64,000 nt of DNA. Source: Sphagnum compactum (taxonomy: Eukaryota). This document shows, in pieces, positions 27,110 through 40,421 of the stretch. The stretch covers positions 15,614,213 through 15,678,212 of the forward strand of contig OZ234493.1 of the NCBI GenBank assembly GCA_965153455.1, read 5' to 3'. The notes under the pieces were generated by a model. The model saw only the letters and a program-made list of their open reading frames with translations, was not told the origin of the DNA and made no database searches. Numbering within the stretch: the stretch's first letter is position 1; every line of letters starts with the position of its first letter. Both the position numbers and the translations under genes were made by a program.

Positions 27110-30100
27110 GTGAAGTTAATATTTGCATGAGGGCATTTTGTGTGAAACTTTCATTTTGAAGATTGTGTTGATGGGTAGGAAAATAAGTAAAAACATGAAT
27201 GGATGATGGAATATTATCATTATTTAATACATATTCTGAAGAAAGTTTTTCTGTAAACCTTTTGATAAGGATTTGTATTATAAATTTTCATCTGTTTACT
27301 AGTTGTAATGAAAAAAATTATTTGTTTGTTTTGATATTTAACTATTTGTTCAACATGACTATGTTTGTTCATTTATTTAAAGTACCCATTTTCATGGATA
27401 TATATATTTTTTAAATTATATGAATGACATGTGTTTGAAATATGATGACACCCCATGTTTTCCTAATATGGTATGTTCATACGATATTTAAATATGATTG
27501 ATTTAAAAAAATTTGAAGACATAAATAATGTTTCATTTGTCACTTTTATTGGCCATGTAGCATCTTTTATGTTTTTTAGACGGTGATTACATGTGAATGA
27601 TAATATCATAACTAGTTTTTGTATGGTTTTTTGTTCTTTAGATGAAGTATTTTTTTGCATCATTTGTTTCAAGCGGTCATGAAGATTTTATGTAGCTTTC
27701 GTTATGTGGACAAAATGTTTCACTAATTATTTTTAATAGTCATAATACATTATATTCCCATGAAGATGAAAACATGAGTGTTTAATTAAAACATAAAGAT
27801 GGAAACATGAATGTTTAATTTTAATTATTTGTTTACATGTATTTTTGTTTGTCATGGAGACTCATTGGTTAAAATAAAGTGATTTATCAACTGCTTTTAA
27901 TGGATATAGATATTTTATGAAACCTCTAATATGACCAACATAACAATGGAAAAAATATATAACATTGGAAATTATTTTGTGGCATTTCACTTTAGAGTGT
28001 TTCATTGATTTTTGAATTGAAAAAAAAATAAAAAATCGATAATATGACATGAAATATGGGGATGTATTCATGGACATTATGCATGTGTATGATCACAATG
28101 TATTGCATTACTTTAAAGTTATGGATTGTGCCAAAAAACTTACATTGGAGAGGTTCCAGGATGGTAAGACATTTTTGTTTGTTATTTCATTAGATATTTT
28201 TAAAATAAAATGATTTTAAAAATGTTTTAAATTTCATAAACAAACCTTCATTTAATAATTTACAATTATGATATGTTTCAAGAATGTAAAATTGAAAGAG
28301 ACTATGTAATGAAAAGAAGTATAATGTGTATGAATTTGAACCATAAAATTATTCATGTGGGTAATGTTATGGGTCTTGGGAAAAAAAAAGACTTTAAATG
28401 AAAAAAATTCAAGCATTTATCAACAGTTTTAATGAAATCATACAAGATTTGATGATGTTTCATAGTGAATAAATTGTGACTATCATTTTCCACAACTTTA
28501 TTCCTTATGAAGATGTTTTGATAAATTAAAATCATATTGTCATTTTATGGGAAGGTGTAGATGTTATTTTTTTTATAAAATTTTTAAAATGGTGATGTTT
28601 GGTCATTGATTTTGTCAAAATAATCAAATTAAGTAGGTATGAAATATTATCCATACATATTTGTTTGAAACCTAAATTGACTTATTGACAAATCATTTAA
28701 AAATTTAGTTACATTTATATGCATTTATGAAAGATGAAATTAATAAATATTTACAAGGCAAATGGGTTAAAGACATGGGTAGATTTTTGGATGAAACATT
28801 TTTTTGATAAAAACATTTCATATCACCATGTACTAATTTGTGAATGGGTTAAATGTAATTTTTGTTTCAATTACCAAAAGATGAAGCATGGTTAGAAAAG
28901 ACTTATTTTTTTTTAACCCAAAAGTACAAGTGTTTTGTTCATAAGATCTTGATATAAATTTTTCGATTATGTGCTTCATTGAATGTAAGTTTTAAACTTG
29001 TGTCTATTTCATGAATGCATTTAATATATTATATGAGCATTTAAAAAATATATATTTATATTATTTTTTGATTTATGTCACCTTTTGTAAATGATGAGAC
29101 TTGTGAATTTGGGGCGGAATTTGTTTCATTGGTTATAATTTGTTTTTCTGTCATCGATTTGATTAAATCATATTGATAAATTCTTATTTTCTTTCACATT
29201 ACACAAAAAGAATTTGTAGGCCTAAAAAATAATTTAGATGCGCTTTATATGTGCAAGAATGAACTTTGTAAAAAAAATACTATTAACAACTTGACAAATA
29301 TATGAATTTTTCAATGCGGGAAATAAATATGATAATGAAAAATTTATAGGTTTAAAAATGAGAACACAACCATGGACTTTAAAATTAAAAAAACATGATG
29401 GTGCATTTTTTATTAAGTTCATTTAAAACCCGTTGAGGTTTCAAAGAGAACACACTTTTAATTTAACCATCATAATTTATATGTGAGAAAAAAAAACATT
29501 TCATTCATTTCACACATTCATTTTACATACAATTAAGTTAATATCATTAAAATTCAATTTAGTTTCAAATTAAAAAAAACATTTAATTTCAAGTTTATTA
29601 TTTTGTTTAAATACGTGTGAGCCATACCAACACAGTCATGTGTAATAGTCTCAATTTTTAAAAGTTGCATAAAAAATATTGGAGTGTGGTAAGGTTATTA
29701 AGGGTTTCTAACAACTTCGTGTTAGAATTTATATTTTACAGGCAAAAGAAAATGCCACAATGTTGACAAGTTCTATCATTCAACATAAACAGGTACTAAA
29801 ATTTTATTAAAGTGTACATGATTGGAATTTTTATTTTTTAATGTTTTCCATAATGCTTGGGTTTGTACTCACACTTAGTGTTATCTTGTTTGAATTTTGA
29901 ACAAACATTCAAATTTGGCTACTATTTAAATATTTGTTAAAATATGTAATGTAAAGGTTTGTAATTTCATAGGTTAGAAGTGGGAGAAACTATCTATAGT
30001 AAATAAGGTTTAGGATTCGGCTTACATATAATTTATTGCAACAATGGAAGGGGATTTGATTGAGAAGAAAAATAATGCAATGAACAAAGGACTGCAAATC

Positions 30101-30990
30101 TTCTTATTCGTGAGAAATTCAAACAAAATTAAATCCCCTCCTATATTAATATTACCCATGTAATTATATGTTAAGATTTCATTATGTATGTGGATTTTAG
30201 TTTACGGTCTTGATATATAGAGGCTATGTTAAACATTAAACATGAGGTTTTTTTAGAAAACATTATTAATAAATCTTTGTGGGTTTTTATGTGCATGTTT
30301 ATGCCTTGTTAGCAAGACGAACAAGAACACACCCAATGGAAAAAAAACTTATTGTCAACTGAGTCACAAAAGGTTAGTTTGTTTTATTCAAATATTGTAA
30401 TATATTGAATGCGAATACAATAGTACATGAAATTGATAATGTGGCACATAAAATTGACATTTGCAAAATTTTACATCAATTATTTGGATATGTGTACTTA
30501 CACATTGTTCTTCATTTTTTTTGGTGAAACATTAGCAGAAAAGACTCAAGATAAATATGAATGATGAAAGTGTTGAAAACATGGCTTCGAAATGTGCGAA
30601 CAATTATTATTGCACATATTGCGAGAAATGTGTTTCATAAAACAAAAAATGCATTGAAGACCATAACAACAGCAAGCCTCATCAAAGATTTGTGAAATTA
30701 CAGGAAAATACACATCTACTCAAATGCTTTTGCATAGGTAATTGATTAGTCATATTTATAAAATGCATTTTTGATTCTTTTAAAAAATCCAATATCTAAT
30801 ATATTGATTTGTTTCCATAATAGAGTGGGGCGAAAACAGTCATTATATGGTGTGTAAAACGTGTGATCATTATGACGAAATACTTCGATCTCACCCCAAT
30901 TCGCCGGATTGAAAATATACATAGCAGCAGTGGAAGGGAGGCGCCGGCAAGTTCCCCAAAGCATCAGGTCCTAGTCCGTCCGTCTGACCG
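27110..30990 (+). pseudogene. Decayed multi-exon gene of unknown family ending in U1/matrin-type and CxC/CxxC zinc-finger exons
   Basis: AG..GT-bounded segments read as protein interrupted mainly by TAA/TGA/TAG. Examples: 27855-28171 METHWLK*...MKYGDVFMDIMHVYDHNVLHYFKVMDCAKKLTLERFQD|gtaag; 29742-29791; 30313-30372; 30539-30737 YYCTYCEKCVS*NKKCIEDHNNSKPHQR...KCFCI; 30824+ EWGENSHYMVCKTCDH. Confidence 0.55.
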
Positions 30991-31120
30991 ACTGTCCGTC
31001 TGTCCGTCCGACCCAACGTTCCGGCACCTGACCGACTGTCCGTCCGTCTGTTTGACCCAACGTTCCGGCGCCCGTAATGAGTCGCATTCCGGCGCCTACC
31101 AAATTGGCGGCTAGGGTTTG
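30984..31120. promoter_or_regulatory. CpG-rich island with a 44-bp tandem duplication and a telo-box, upstream of the orphan gene
   Basis: ctgaccgactgtccgtc.gtc.gt..gacccaacgttccggc at 30984 and 31028. TAGGGTTT at ~31112. Dense CpG in otherwise CpG-depleted DNA. Confidence 0.5.
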
Positions 31121-31379
31121 TCGGTTCAGGAAGAGGGAGGCGTGACAAACTCCATCACTCCCTTTATGTATTTGGCATAGGGAGATATTTTTCATTTGGT
31201 ACAAGTGATACTTAGTGTATGGAAATGTTTTCCATTTGGTGTAGTTGATAGTTAGTATATTGAAATGTGTTGCTTTTGGTAGCCTTGGTATTTGGTATAT
31301 CTTGATATTTGGATTTGGTTCATTTGTCATTTGGTGTAGTCAAATATTTGGCATCTAGAAGATCTAAATAGTGGAAGTT

Positions 31380-32209
31380 ATGCCTCGTGTTAAATACACA
31401 AATCGTCTTGCAGATGGTACCGTAATACAAACACGTCCACTAGTCATTCCGATTCGCCCAACTCCTACTTTGAGGCGTTTATACCCTCGTACACCCCTTG
31501 CCAGCGCAATACGTGTTCCACTAGTTCAGTTTGCTCCTCTTAGTGGACCATGCACTGATTTGTTAGAGCATCCTGAGATTAATGATCCAGACTTTATAGA
31601 TCTCGATGCAGCTTGTTTCATGATGCTTACCAGGGATTTACCTACATTATTTGGGATTATGGCTCACCCGGCCAATCGGAAGGTGTCGGTGAAGGATCTT
31701 CCAGAATTTCATGATTGGCTTCATGTGATTTCCGACCCTATAGTGGTGAAGGTGTATGCTGGGAGTGATGAGCATGAGAGGGCTGCATTCAAGGATGATT
31801 TGGTGAACACTTTGCGTCGGGCTTTTGGTATGACATTGACTTGTAGTCTTGATAGTTTAACACTATCACGGATCAAGTTAATGTTCCTATTTCGGCCATG
31901 GCAGATGCTCTGCATTCTTTAGGTGCCAGAGTATGTCGGGTTTCATTATTTGGGATGAAGTGGGATATTCCAGATGCAGAGCCTATGATTGATCGTTTCA
32001 TACAACGATATCGTGCAGAGATGGGTTCTTCTGTTCCAACACAGAAGAATATGTTTGATTATGGGGTCCAATTTCCTACAGGTGGATTGCAGCTTTACAA
32101 GTTTAGTGAAGTGCAACGCGAGGCGCGGAGGTTCAGGGAGGGCACTGTGCACGAAATGTGCAATGTGGAAGGCTATGGGTCTTTGGACTTCAGTTCGAAC
32201 CTGTTTTAA
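31380..32209 (+). CDS. Two-exon hypothetical protein (250 aa), unknown function
   Basis: Exons 31380-31827 and 31905-32209 are joined by a 77-bp GT-AG intron (ttttg|gtatga ... ggcag|atgctc). This splices ORFs 31371-31922 and 31898-32209 exactly in frame (LRRAF-D-ALHSLG). Confidence 0.6.
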
Positions 32210-33439
32210 AAGTATTATGATGCATGTGACTGGGCCCAAACATGTTCAAAAGCAACGAATTTAACAATTAGAGTCATTATTCAAAATACATGTTAGTAAC
32301 ATTTTTTTGTTTTCCAATGTTTTGTGCATGCATTAAAGTTTTGTGATGGTGATTGCACATGGTTGCATTGGGGGGATTTTTTTTTTTGAAATTTGATATT
32401 AGATGAATGAGGTGTAAAGTTAATTCTTTTCTTCAACAAAAGTTGGTAATCACAATTTTAAAACCTAAATTGTGTGATTAGGGGTGAAAATTTTCGAAAG
32501 GGTTAAGGTTAAAAGCAGACACCAAAATTCGTAATGTTTAACATAACATTGGTCTTGTTATAGTATTTAATGGATAGCGAGGATGTTTGAGATTTGTGAA
32601 GTAGTTGAAAGGGTGTCAATGAAGGGTCCAATGGAGATAGAATAATCTTCAAAACATTATAAGCGTAAAATGAATTCGAAATAATTTAACGATTAAATAA
32701 ATAGTGTGATTAAGTGGCAATGGCAACATGAATTTCATGATGAATGAAGCATTTATTTAGATTATGAATAAGTTCAATGAGGAACTGTAATTACATGTTA
32801 AGTCCTGGTCTATGCCAATGTGATAGTTCATAATTGCAGGAAATCTAGGATGCGTCGAATAGTGCGAATTAAGTAATCCGCCTTGCTATTAGGAGGTAGT
32901 GAAGGAATTGTATTGCACAACCAATGACAGTGTTCAATGCCATGAATTGAAGACCATGTGAAGATAGACTTGCAAGAAAATCACTAAGGTGCGAGAGTTC
33001 AGAGAAATGCGATAATACCAAGTTCAAAGGGGTTCAACTTTAAGATAAGGGTGCACTTTTCGCGGTTCGAGATCTTCATCATGAGGATGTTGTGTCTATG
33101 TCATATTTAAAGATGATTCCAAGGGTTTTTTTTTCATTCACTTATGCAACTTAAGGTTTGTAAGAAGTGGTCATGTGCGACGCCACGAATTCAAGGAAAG
33201 AGAAAAAAAAATTTGAATGATAATCAATTCAACGATGAATGTGTAAAAGACTTAGTACATGAAGATGCGTGGTTGTAATTTATAAGTCAAGGAAAAAGAA
33301 GGAAATGAGTAAAGTAACAATTTAGAACCATGGTAAATTAAAACCTTAAGATCAATGGAAAAAAAAAATTTAAATAAAATTTGCGAGGGAAAGTAAGAAA
33401 AAGTGAAAATGATGCTTTTTTTTCTCCTTTCAAAGACAA

Positions 33440-33530
33440 CCAGGCATTGGAACCTTCCATTGGCCAACAAACATTGGAACCTTTCAAGGTCCACCAAACA
33501 TTGAAACCTTCCATAGGCCACCAAATTGAA
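33440..33530. repeat. 27-bp tandem repeat, ~3 copies
   Basis: cattggaaccttccat.ggcca.caaa at 33445, 33472 and 33499. Confidence 0.8.
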
Positions 33531-33819
33531 GTCTTTTTTCACTTCCTTTTTCTTCTTTTCTTTAGAGGCGTGAATTTGGGTCATTTTGGTTTTTTTTTTC
33601 GGGAAATAACTTTTGATTTGAATTTTGGGAAAACTTATTCCTACAATTTTTCTCGAGAGAAGAAGATTGATTTTTCTTAATAGATGGTGGAAAGAGGGAG
33701 AATATATTAGATGATAATGATATTTTTGAAAGAATGGAGGTGAATAAGGATAGTTTTGGGAGTTTGAAATATTAGAAAACTTTCACAAGATTTTTCAAGT
33801 TTTGTAACACAACATTTTA

Positions 33820-34155
33820 CTGATTTAGGTGCAAAGCTTAGAATCTGGTAAGCAAATGCACTTTGTAATTAATTTTCGAATGAATTAAGGCAAACTAGAT
33901 TTGGCCAACGTATGTGATAGGAACAATATTTTAAATGATTGGAGGATTGTTGTCGAATTGAACTTTCTACCTTTATGAGACCCTCTTGAGTTTTGTAGCA
34001 CTACTTTTTTATTAATTTGGGTGCAAAACTTGAAATTTGGCGAATAGATGCACCTTGTAACTAGTTTTTTAATGAATTAATGCAAGTTAGATTTCGATAA
34101 CATATGTGATAGGAATAAAGTTTTGAGTGACTAGAGGTCTGTTGTTAAGTTGAGT
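33820..34155. repeat. Diverged direct duplication, period ~192 bp
   Basis: ggtgcaaa.ctt...atgcac.ttgtaa...atgaattaa.gcaa..tagattt...tatgtgataggaa at 33828 and 34020. Confidence 0.75.
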
Positions 34156-37100
34156 ATGGTGTCAAATGTTTGAAAGTTAGTTTAAGTGGGTGACAAATTA
34201 ACATAAAATTTTAAGATTTGGAGTGTTTAAACTTAAAAAATATGTCTATGAATTTTAAATCCTAAATGATGCATAGGAGATAAATTATTTGGTTCCAATT
34301 ACAAACTTAACTTAACATCTAGAGATACATTTTGCATTTTTTCTTTCAGCAATAGCATATGTACCTCTAAATATAATTAGCTCAAAGAACTAGGAGTAAA
34401 GAGACAGAAAATCACCTCACAATATGTACAAAAACATATTAAAGTTAAAGTTGAAAAAAACATTTCATTGAGTAAGTTTATTGTTGTGTTTTTGGTTAGT
34501 TAATTGTTCTTTATATAATGAAAATATTAAAATGCCATAACCAATTAATAAACTGCATGGATGTTCATAATATTTTTTGTTAATATTTTTCACTCTTAGT
34601 AAAATGTATGGCCATACATAATATTTAATTTAAGATTGATTAACCTATTTATGTTAGGTTTTTAATTTAAATATTTTAATTTAAATGGCTGACATCCTAA
34701 TCTTTACTTCATACTATAAATTTTAAAAATACAAAGGATACATCTTTAAATAAAATTTCAATGGTAACTTAAATGTAAACATTGAAAATGCAATTTTACA
34801 ATCTAAGTTGTGATTGCTTACAAAATACTAATGAATTTGTTTCATGAAATTTAATATAAAAAACCATAACTTTTAAACCATACTTAATTTAACATCTTGG
34901 ATTCAATTTTTGAATCTGCACGTGTTTGATATCACAAAATGTTGCTTTATTCCCTTGGTCAAGGGACACGTTTCAAAATAATCACCTACTTATATTTGAA
35001 ATAAAATGTTTAACTAATTCCATACACAAATAATACATGACACAATTATCAACTATATACATTTTGAATAAATGTAAAATTAATACACTAGATCATTAAC
35101 CACTGATAACCATTAATTGAAAATGGTCAAAACAAGCACTGTAAAGTGGTGCAAGTAATTTATGATAAGTTCCAAAAAGGGTAAAACCTTGAATAGTAAT
35201 TTGCAAATTTGTTCCATCATCTCTCGTGCAACAAATTATCTCATCCACAACGATATAATTCTCTAAGAGATTACACTCTTGAATGGTCAAATGGTTCTTA
35301 TAATTCGATTAGATTAAAACATTCAAATAATGACATGTCAATTAAGAGTTGGAAAAATGGTTCACAAAAGAAAAATACCATACATTTATCACATTCAACA
35401 ACTAATTGCCAAATAATTAATTAAAATTAAAATTTTAACTTTAGGTGTTTTAATTTTGAAAATTTTGACAAGTAATGTTTATAAAAAATAACAAACATAA
35501 TCTTTTTAAGTTTATGGGAGAGGCTATTATGTTTAGATTGTCTCTATCTTCTTTAAAAAGTTCTTTAAAGTGAGTTTTACTACAATTTTGAGTTGTAAAA
35601 AACACACATGAGTTTTACTACAATACATCAATAGTTAATGACTACATCAAAACCACAAAATCTACATCAAAGCTATGAATAAAATACACAAAAAATCAAG
35701 ATTGATAGGTGTCTTCATAGTTGTTAGCAACCACTTTATGAAATGTCCTAATTTGTAGATTAGACATTTAGCTTCAATCACACATCAAAATTGAAGTATG
35801 GTTGTCAAGATTTCTTGCATAGTAATTGGCAAGGCTCCTTAGCATGTAAACTACATATGCATTTAGATCTCCGTCATGGCCAAGGTTTCACACCTAGTGT
35901 CAAACTTCATTTCTTTTGTCATGAAGTACTAGATTAAAAACAACTTTGTAGGAAATGACATTTTAGGGATGAAGACAAGGTTTCCATAACCATTGTTTTC
36001 CACTACAAACATATTGTTCTTATTAATTTTTGATCAATTAAAGTACTCAAAGCAATAGGACCATACAGGGAATGTGTGATCTCAAAGTTTGTACTGAATT
36101 GGCAAGGATTTATCTTCATAAGTCCCGTCAATTGAGGACTGCTTTTAACACTTACTAACAATCATTTGTTTTCCATATTCCTTGCCTGAAAAATGAAAAA
36201 CGAGCTTCTCATGCATAAAAAGAGGTTAAAAGACTCACACATTTTATATCTGCCACCGAAAGCAGATCAGCTCTGATCTTGCATATGGGACATGGGCCTT
36301 AGTTCTGCTGGCTTCAGCTTGCACAATCTTCTTGAAGTTTCACAGGAAGCCCCAAGAGCTTACTACACGACCCTGCTTTCCTCAGGTCTTTGCACAATGG
36401 GAAGCTGGCAGCTCCAATGGCTAAGTCAGCAATTTGGTTTTAGCATCCCTGCACATCCCTTAAGAGTTGGCTTCAGAAATCACTCCATTAGCCAATGCTG
36501 TGTCATATTGGTTAGATTTATATATGATCATGCACCCACATCACTTGTTTCATCTATTAAGTTGTAGAAAATCTAAGAGTTTGCATTTGGAGTAATAACT
36601 ACATCAAATTAGTTATTGCTGCACAACCAACTGCAAGCTGAAACTGTGCTGAGGATTCTCAATCTGACATCCTGTATCCCAATACAAAAATTCCTATCTA
36701 GTACAGATCACACCAAATCCATGAGAAGAGATCTGGCTTTGTACTATTTGCAATTGTCAAGTTACCTTGAGAAACAATGAGCTTGAGAAGCCACGCTTTC
36801 ACGCCCTTCACTATCTCTGCAGTAAAGCAGGTTGGGAGAAAGGTCAGAGAATAGACACTGGCAGCTCTACACAGGGGTGATAAAAACATCTCTCTTGAAG
36901 GCTTGAGTTCTTTACATGCACTCTCCAAACTATGATGTAATCCATCAAAGCTTTCCTCCTCTGAACTGCGCTGGCATAGACCACAGACACCTTCGTGTCA
37001 CCTCTCAAGTGGAAGCTTCTGTTCCACTGTTGCAATTATGATTGTGGATACATAAGATGAACAGTCACAGAGCCTACATAGGTGTGTCATTGCTGAGACT

Positions 37101-37204
37101 TCTAGTGCTCATTTACTGTCCTTACAAAAGGACTGCTGCTAATTTGCATCATCTTTGCCTGGAGCACAGTCTGACCACCTTCATTCAAGGTGAAAGAAAC
37201 TCCC

Positions 37205-40200
37205 TCAAAGAAACTCCTGTATATCATACCCTTGAACCTGCATGAGAGAACCACTATCAGTTGGTAGTCCAAGCTTTTACATCAACAGGTGCAGTAAATA
37301 GAAGCTATGCATAGCAGACTCACAAAAGATTGCCAAAAATATATATCAACAGAAACAGATCCAATTCCATAGCTTACCCTTAACAATGTCAACAAAACAA
37401 TAACCCCTGAATTCCATGTGGCATGTATAAGGATTGGGGTTATCAAAGTGCGGGTCTGTGCATATGCTAGCCCCAAAATCACCCCTGCAATTCGCACCAC
37501 TACAGCATGTCAGGAGTTTGATCAGATCTAGCATTTGATACAAGACACAAGCATTGGCAGCAGAGGTTCAAACTAGACTACGTCTGTCCTGCAAGTACTT
37601 CTTGCACATCTAAGCAATCCTGACAGGAGTGAAGAGACATCTTTGGAAAAACTATCAGTACCAAGAGCCACAAGTTGGGGGAATTCTCCTGGTGTTAGGT
37701 GGGCCCCAGCAAATGCACATGCACTGATCACCACTGCCACAGGTGTTGGAACCCTGTCACCCAATCCCCATTACTTGAATTGTTGCATCTTAGTGATAGC
37801 ACTAGAAGCATTGTGGGTCTGACATTAATCACACGATGGCTTGAAGGTGGACAAATGAGAGAAGTAGAACAGTACCATTTAGTGAGAGAGGTCATCAGGA
37901 AGCCACGGAACACAGATTCTTCAAGGATTGGGGCCAGGATACCAGTGACAGCTATTAATGCTGCAGTACTGTCCAACACCATCAAGCCACACAACAGAAT
38001 TAACAAATCTGATTTTCACAACAGGCCCAGTTTACTCATGTCATGCAATGTGAATAGTGGATAACACAATAAGGTCACTAGAATGGAGCGAAGACTGTTT
38101 GAGCAACCTGGCAGGTGATGCTCCAATGATAGGCAGCAGCTGGAGCAAGGCATCTGCCTCCTGCAGTGATCATAACAAGGCACAAGCTTACTGTTTGTGG
38201 CTTGAGCTCTTAAAGAACAAGCTGTTTTCCTACTACAAAACACAAACCAGAAAGGTCTAGGTCAAAGAACATTGTTAGTAACTCCCATAGCCACCGAAGA
38301 AACTTGAACAGCAGCCACCTTAAGGACCACATCATATCTACCACATCACTGTGAAATCAGAGCCCTTGAAGATGAGAGAGAATCAATCAATTGAAAACAA
38401 AAGCAGCCTTCAAGAGAGCCCTAGGAAACACACCTCTCGTGGTGGTGGTTGACCAGTTACTGTAACTGCAAGAGTACTAACTGCTACTACAGCTGCTGCT
38501 GCACCTATGACACCAATGCCTCCATAGAGTAGCCATCCTCTATGGAGATCTAATGGTGAGCTCCAGTCTGTTCTCAACAACAAAAGAAGTCGTCAACCAA
38601 CAAGGCAAGGAAGTAGCACATTTTGTATGTTTCATAACCTACTGGGAATTGTGCTCATCCCTTGACAAGTCTGTAATTGTCTAGAGCACAAGGTAGGGAT
38701 GATGGAGGCTCTGACAGTCCCACTATGAGATCTAGAGGGAATGAAAAAAGCACAAAATCTGGACACTTGCATGGGCATCCAAGAAAGTAAAAGTTCACAC
38801 ACCATATGAAAATAGTTGAGGAGGGTAAGGTTGGTGTGGGGCCAGCACCACATTCAGTGCACTGAGTCCTGCAATAGTTTGTGCACTGAAAAACAATCAC
38901 TAATCCATCAGCACATCATGCCCCTCTCCCTTTCACACAGGAGATGGTTTAGTCGACAGATACACATATTCTTGTGCCTATCACTCATGAAACTGATGCA
39001 TTAAACAAAATCAGGACATGTGGAAGTGAAAAACCCATGCTTTCCGATTCATGAAACATGGTTGAGAAAAAAATGCAAACAAAAGGAGGGTGGAATAGAC
39101 TTACAGCTGATGAACAAAGATGAAGAGAGCTTGCTCATCCAGGTCCATAACCTGTCGTCTGCTTATCCCAAGGTATGCTGCAATGGCTGATACTGCTATT
39201 CCTGTTGTCAGAAAGCTGTCCTTGCATCATCCAAACTCCCATCAAACAGTTATGTACAAAAACCTGACACCACATCTTACTGCCAATGAATTCCCTCATT
39301 TCTTTTGTTCACCTGAGCAACCATCAGTCTCAAGATGAGACCACTTTAGCCAATTCCATTCTGAATGCTATGCTACATGCAGGTAGATCTACAAAGGGCA
39401 AATTGAGGACAAAGATGTGGAATAAAAGCACAGCACACTTTGGACACAGATGAGGAATACCTGAACAACCAAATCGCCATTCCGACTGCCGTCACTTTGC
39501 CATCCCATGGCACATTCCATCTCTCCAAAATTGGCCAAGAGGTTCCTGGCTCCTGCAAAAAGAAATTGCATGAGCCCCCAGCCACCAATTTCCCCTTACG
39601 ATTTTCATATGCCCTAATTGATTGCATGCATCACTCTTTTTCTCACTCTTTCATTGTGAGGCTCCTCTGTGCTGCAAGAGGGTTGCCATTGGGCACTGCC
39701 ATTATTGCAAATTAGGAGACCGTGACTGTATAGCAAAACTTGACTCCAGCTCCTCCACAAAAGAAGGAAGATTTCAACCACCGTGGCAGTGAAGAATTGG
39801 CGACTGCAAAGAAGAAGTTTTTCTACTGCAACTTTTGAGGTAAGTAAGCAAGAGGGAACAAGAGTTCACCGGTGTGGGAGGACCGCCGCCGTCGTTCACG
39901 ACTTGGATAAGCTCGTCATCGTCTTCGGCGATGGCTTTATTGCGTGCAAAGAAGCAGCGACTGCTGCTCTTCTTTCTCAGTAATGAGCAGGGTAACAAAG
40001 CTTGTTGTTGCTCAGGGATAGAACGAGGACCACTACCAAGCCGCAGAACTCGGAATAGCGGCCGAGCTTCAGCTATGGAGGCTGCTGCTGCTGTTATTAT
40101 GTTGCAGCGTCGTCGAGATCCCAGTGTTGTTGTACCAATCTGGTGCAGCAGCAGCGGCGGTGTTGTTGCAGCCAGCTTGCTGCCGGCTGCTGCTGTAAGA

Positions 40201-40421
40201 GATGCCATAGTCATCCCTCCTCGCCCGACATCAAACCTCCAAAAAGTCTCAGTACAAAAGAAGTTGTTATTGTTGTTGCCGATACTCACAGCAATCCCCG
40301 GCCTCGTGACAAAGGGCTTCAGCAAAACTGCTGAGGAGGATGAAGATGGCGATTCATGTACGACAGAAGAAACTGTACAAGCGACGCCGCAGAGCCCTTG
40401 CATTGCTGACGCCACAACCAT
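37205..40421 (-). CDS. CPBP/Abi-family (type II CAAX) intramembrane protease-like protein with a probable plastid transit peptide
   Basis: Ala/Ser-rich first exon, then WPILERWNVPWDG, LAPILEESVFRGFLMTSLTKW (EExxFRG), FAGAHLTPGEFPQL, LGLAYAQTRTLITPILIHATWNSGVI (HxxxN). Last exon VQGYDIQEFL*, stop 37205-37207. Confidence 0.92.

Noticed and set aside
23900-35700. Endogenous giant-virus (NCLDV) insertion
   Set aside because: The decayed gene has spliceosomal introns and no viral core-gene motifs were recognised.
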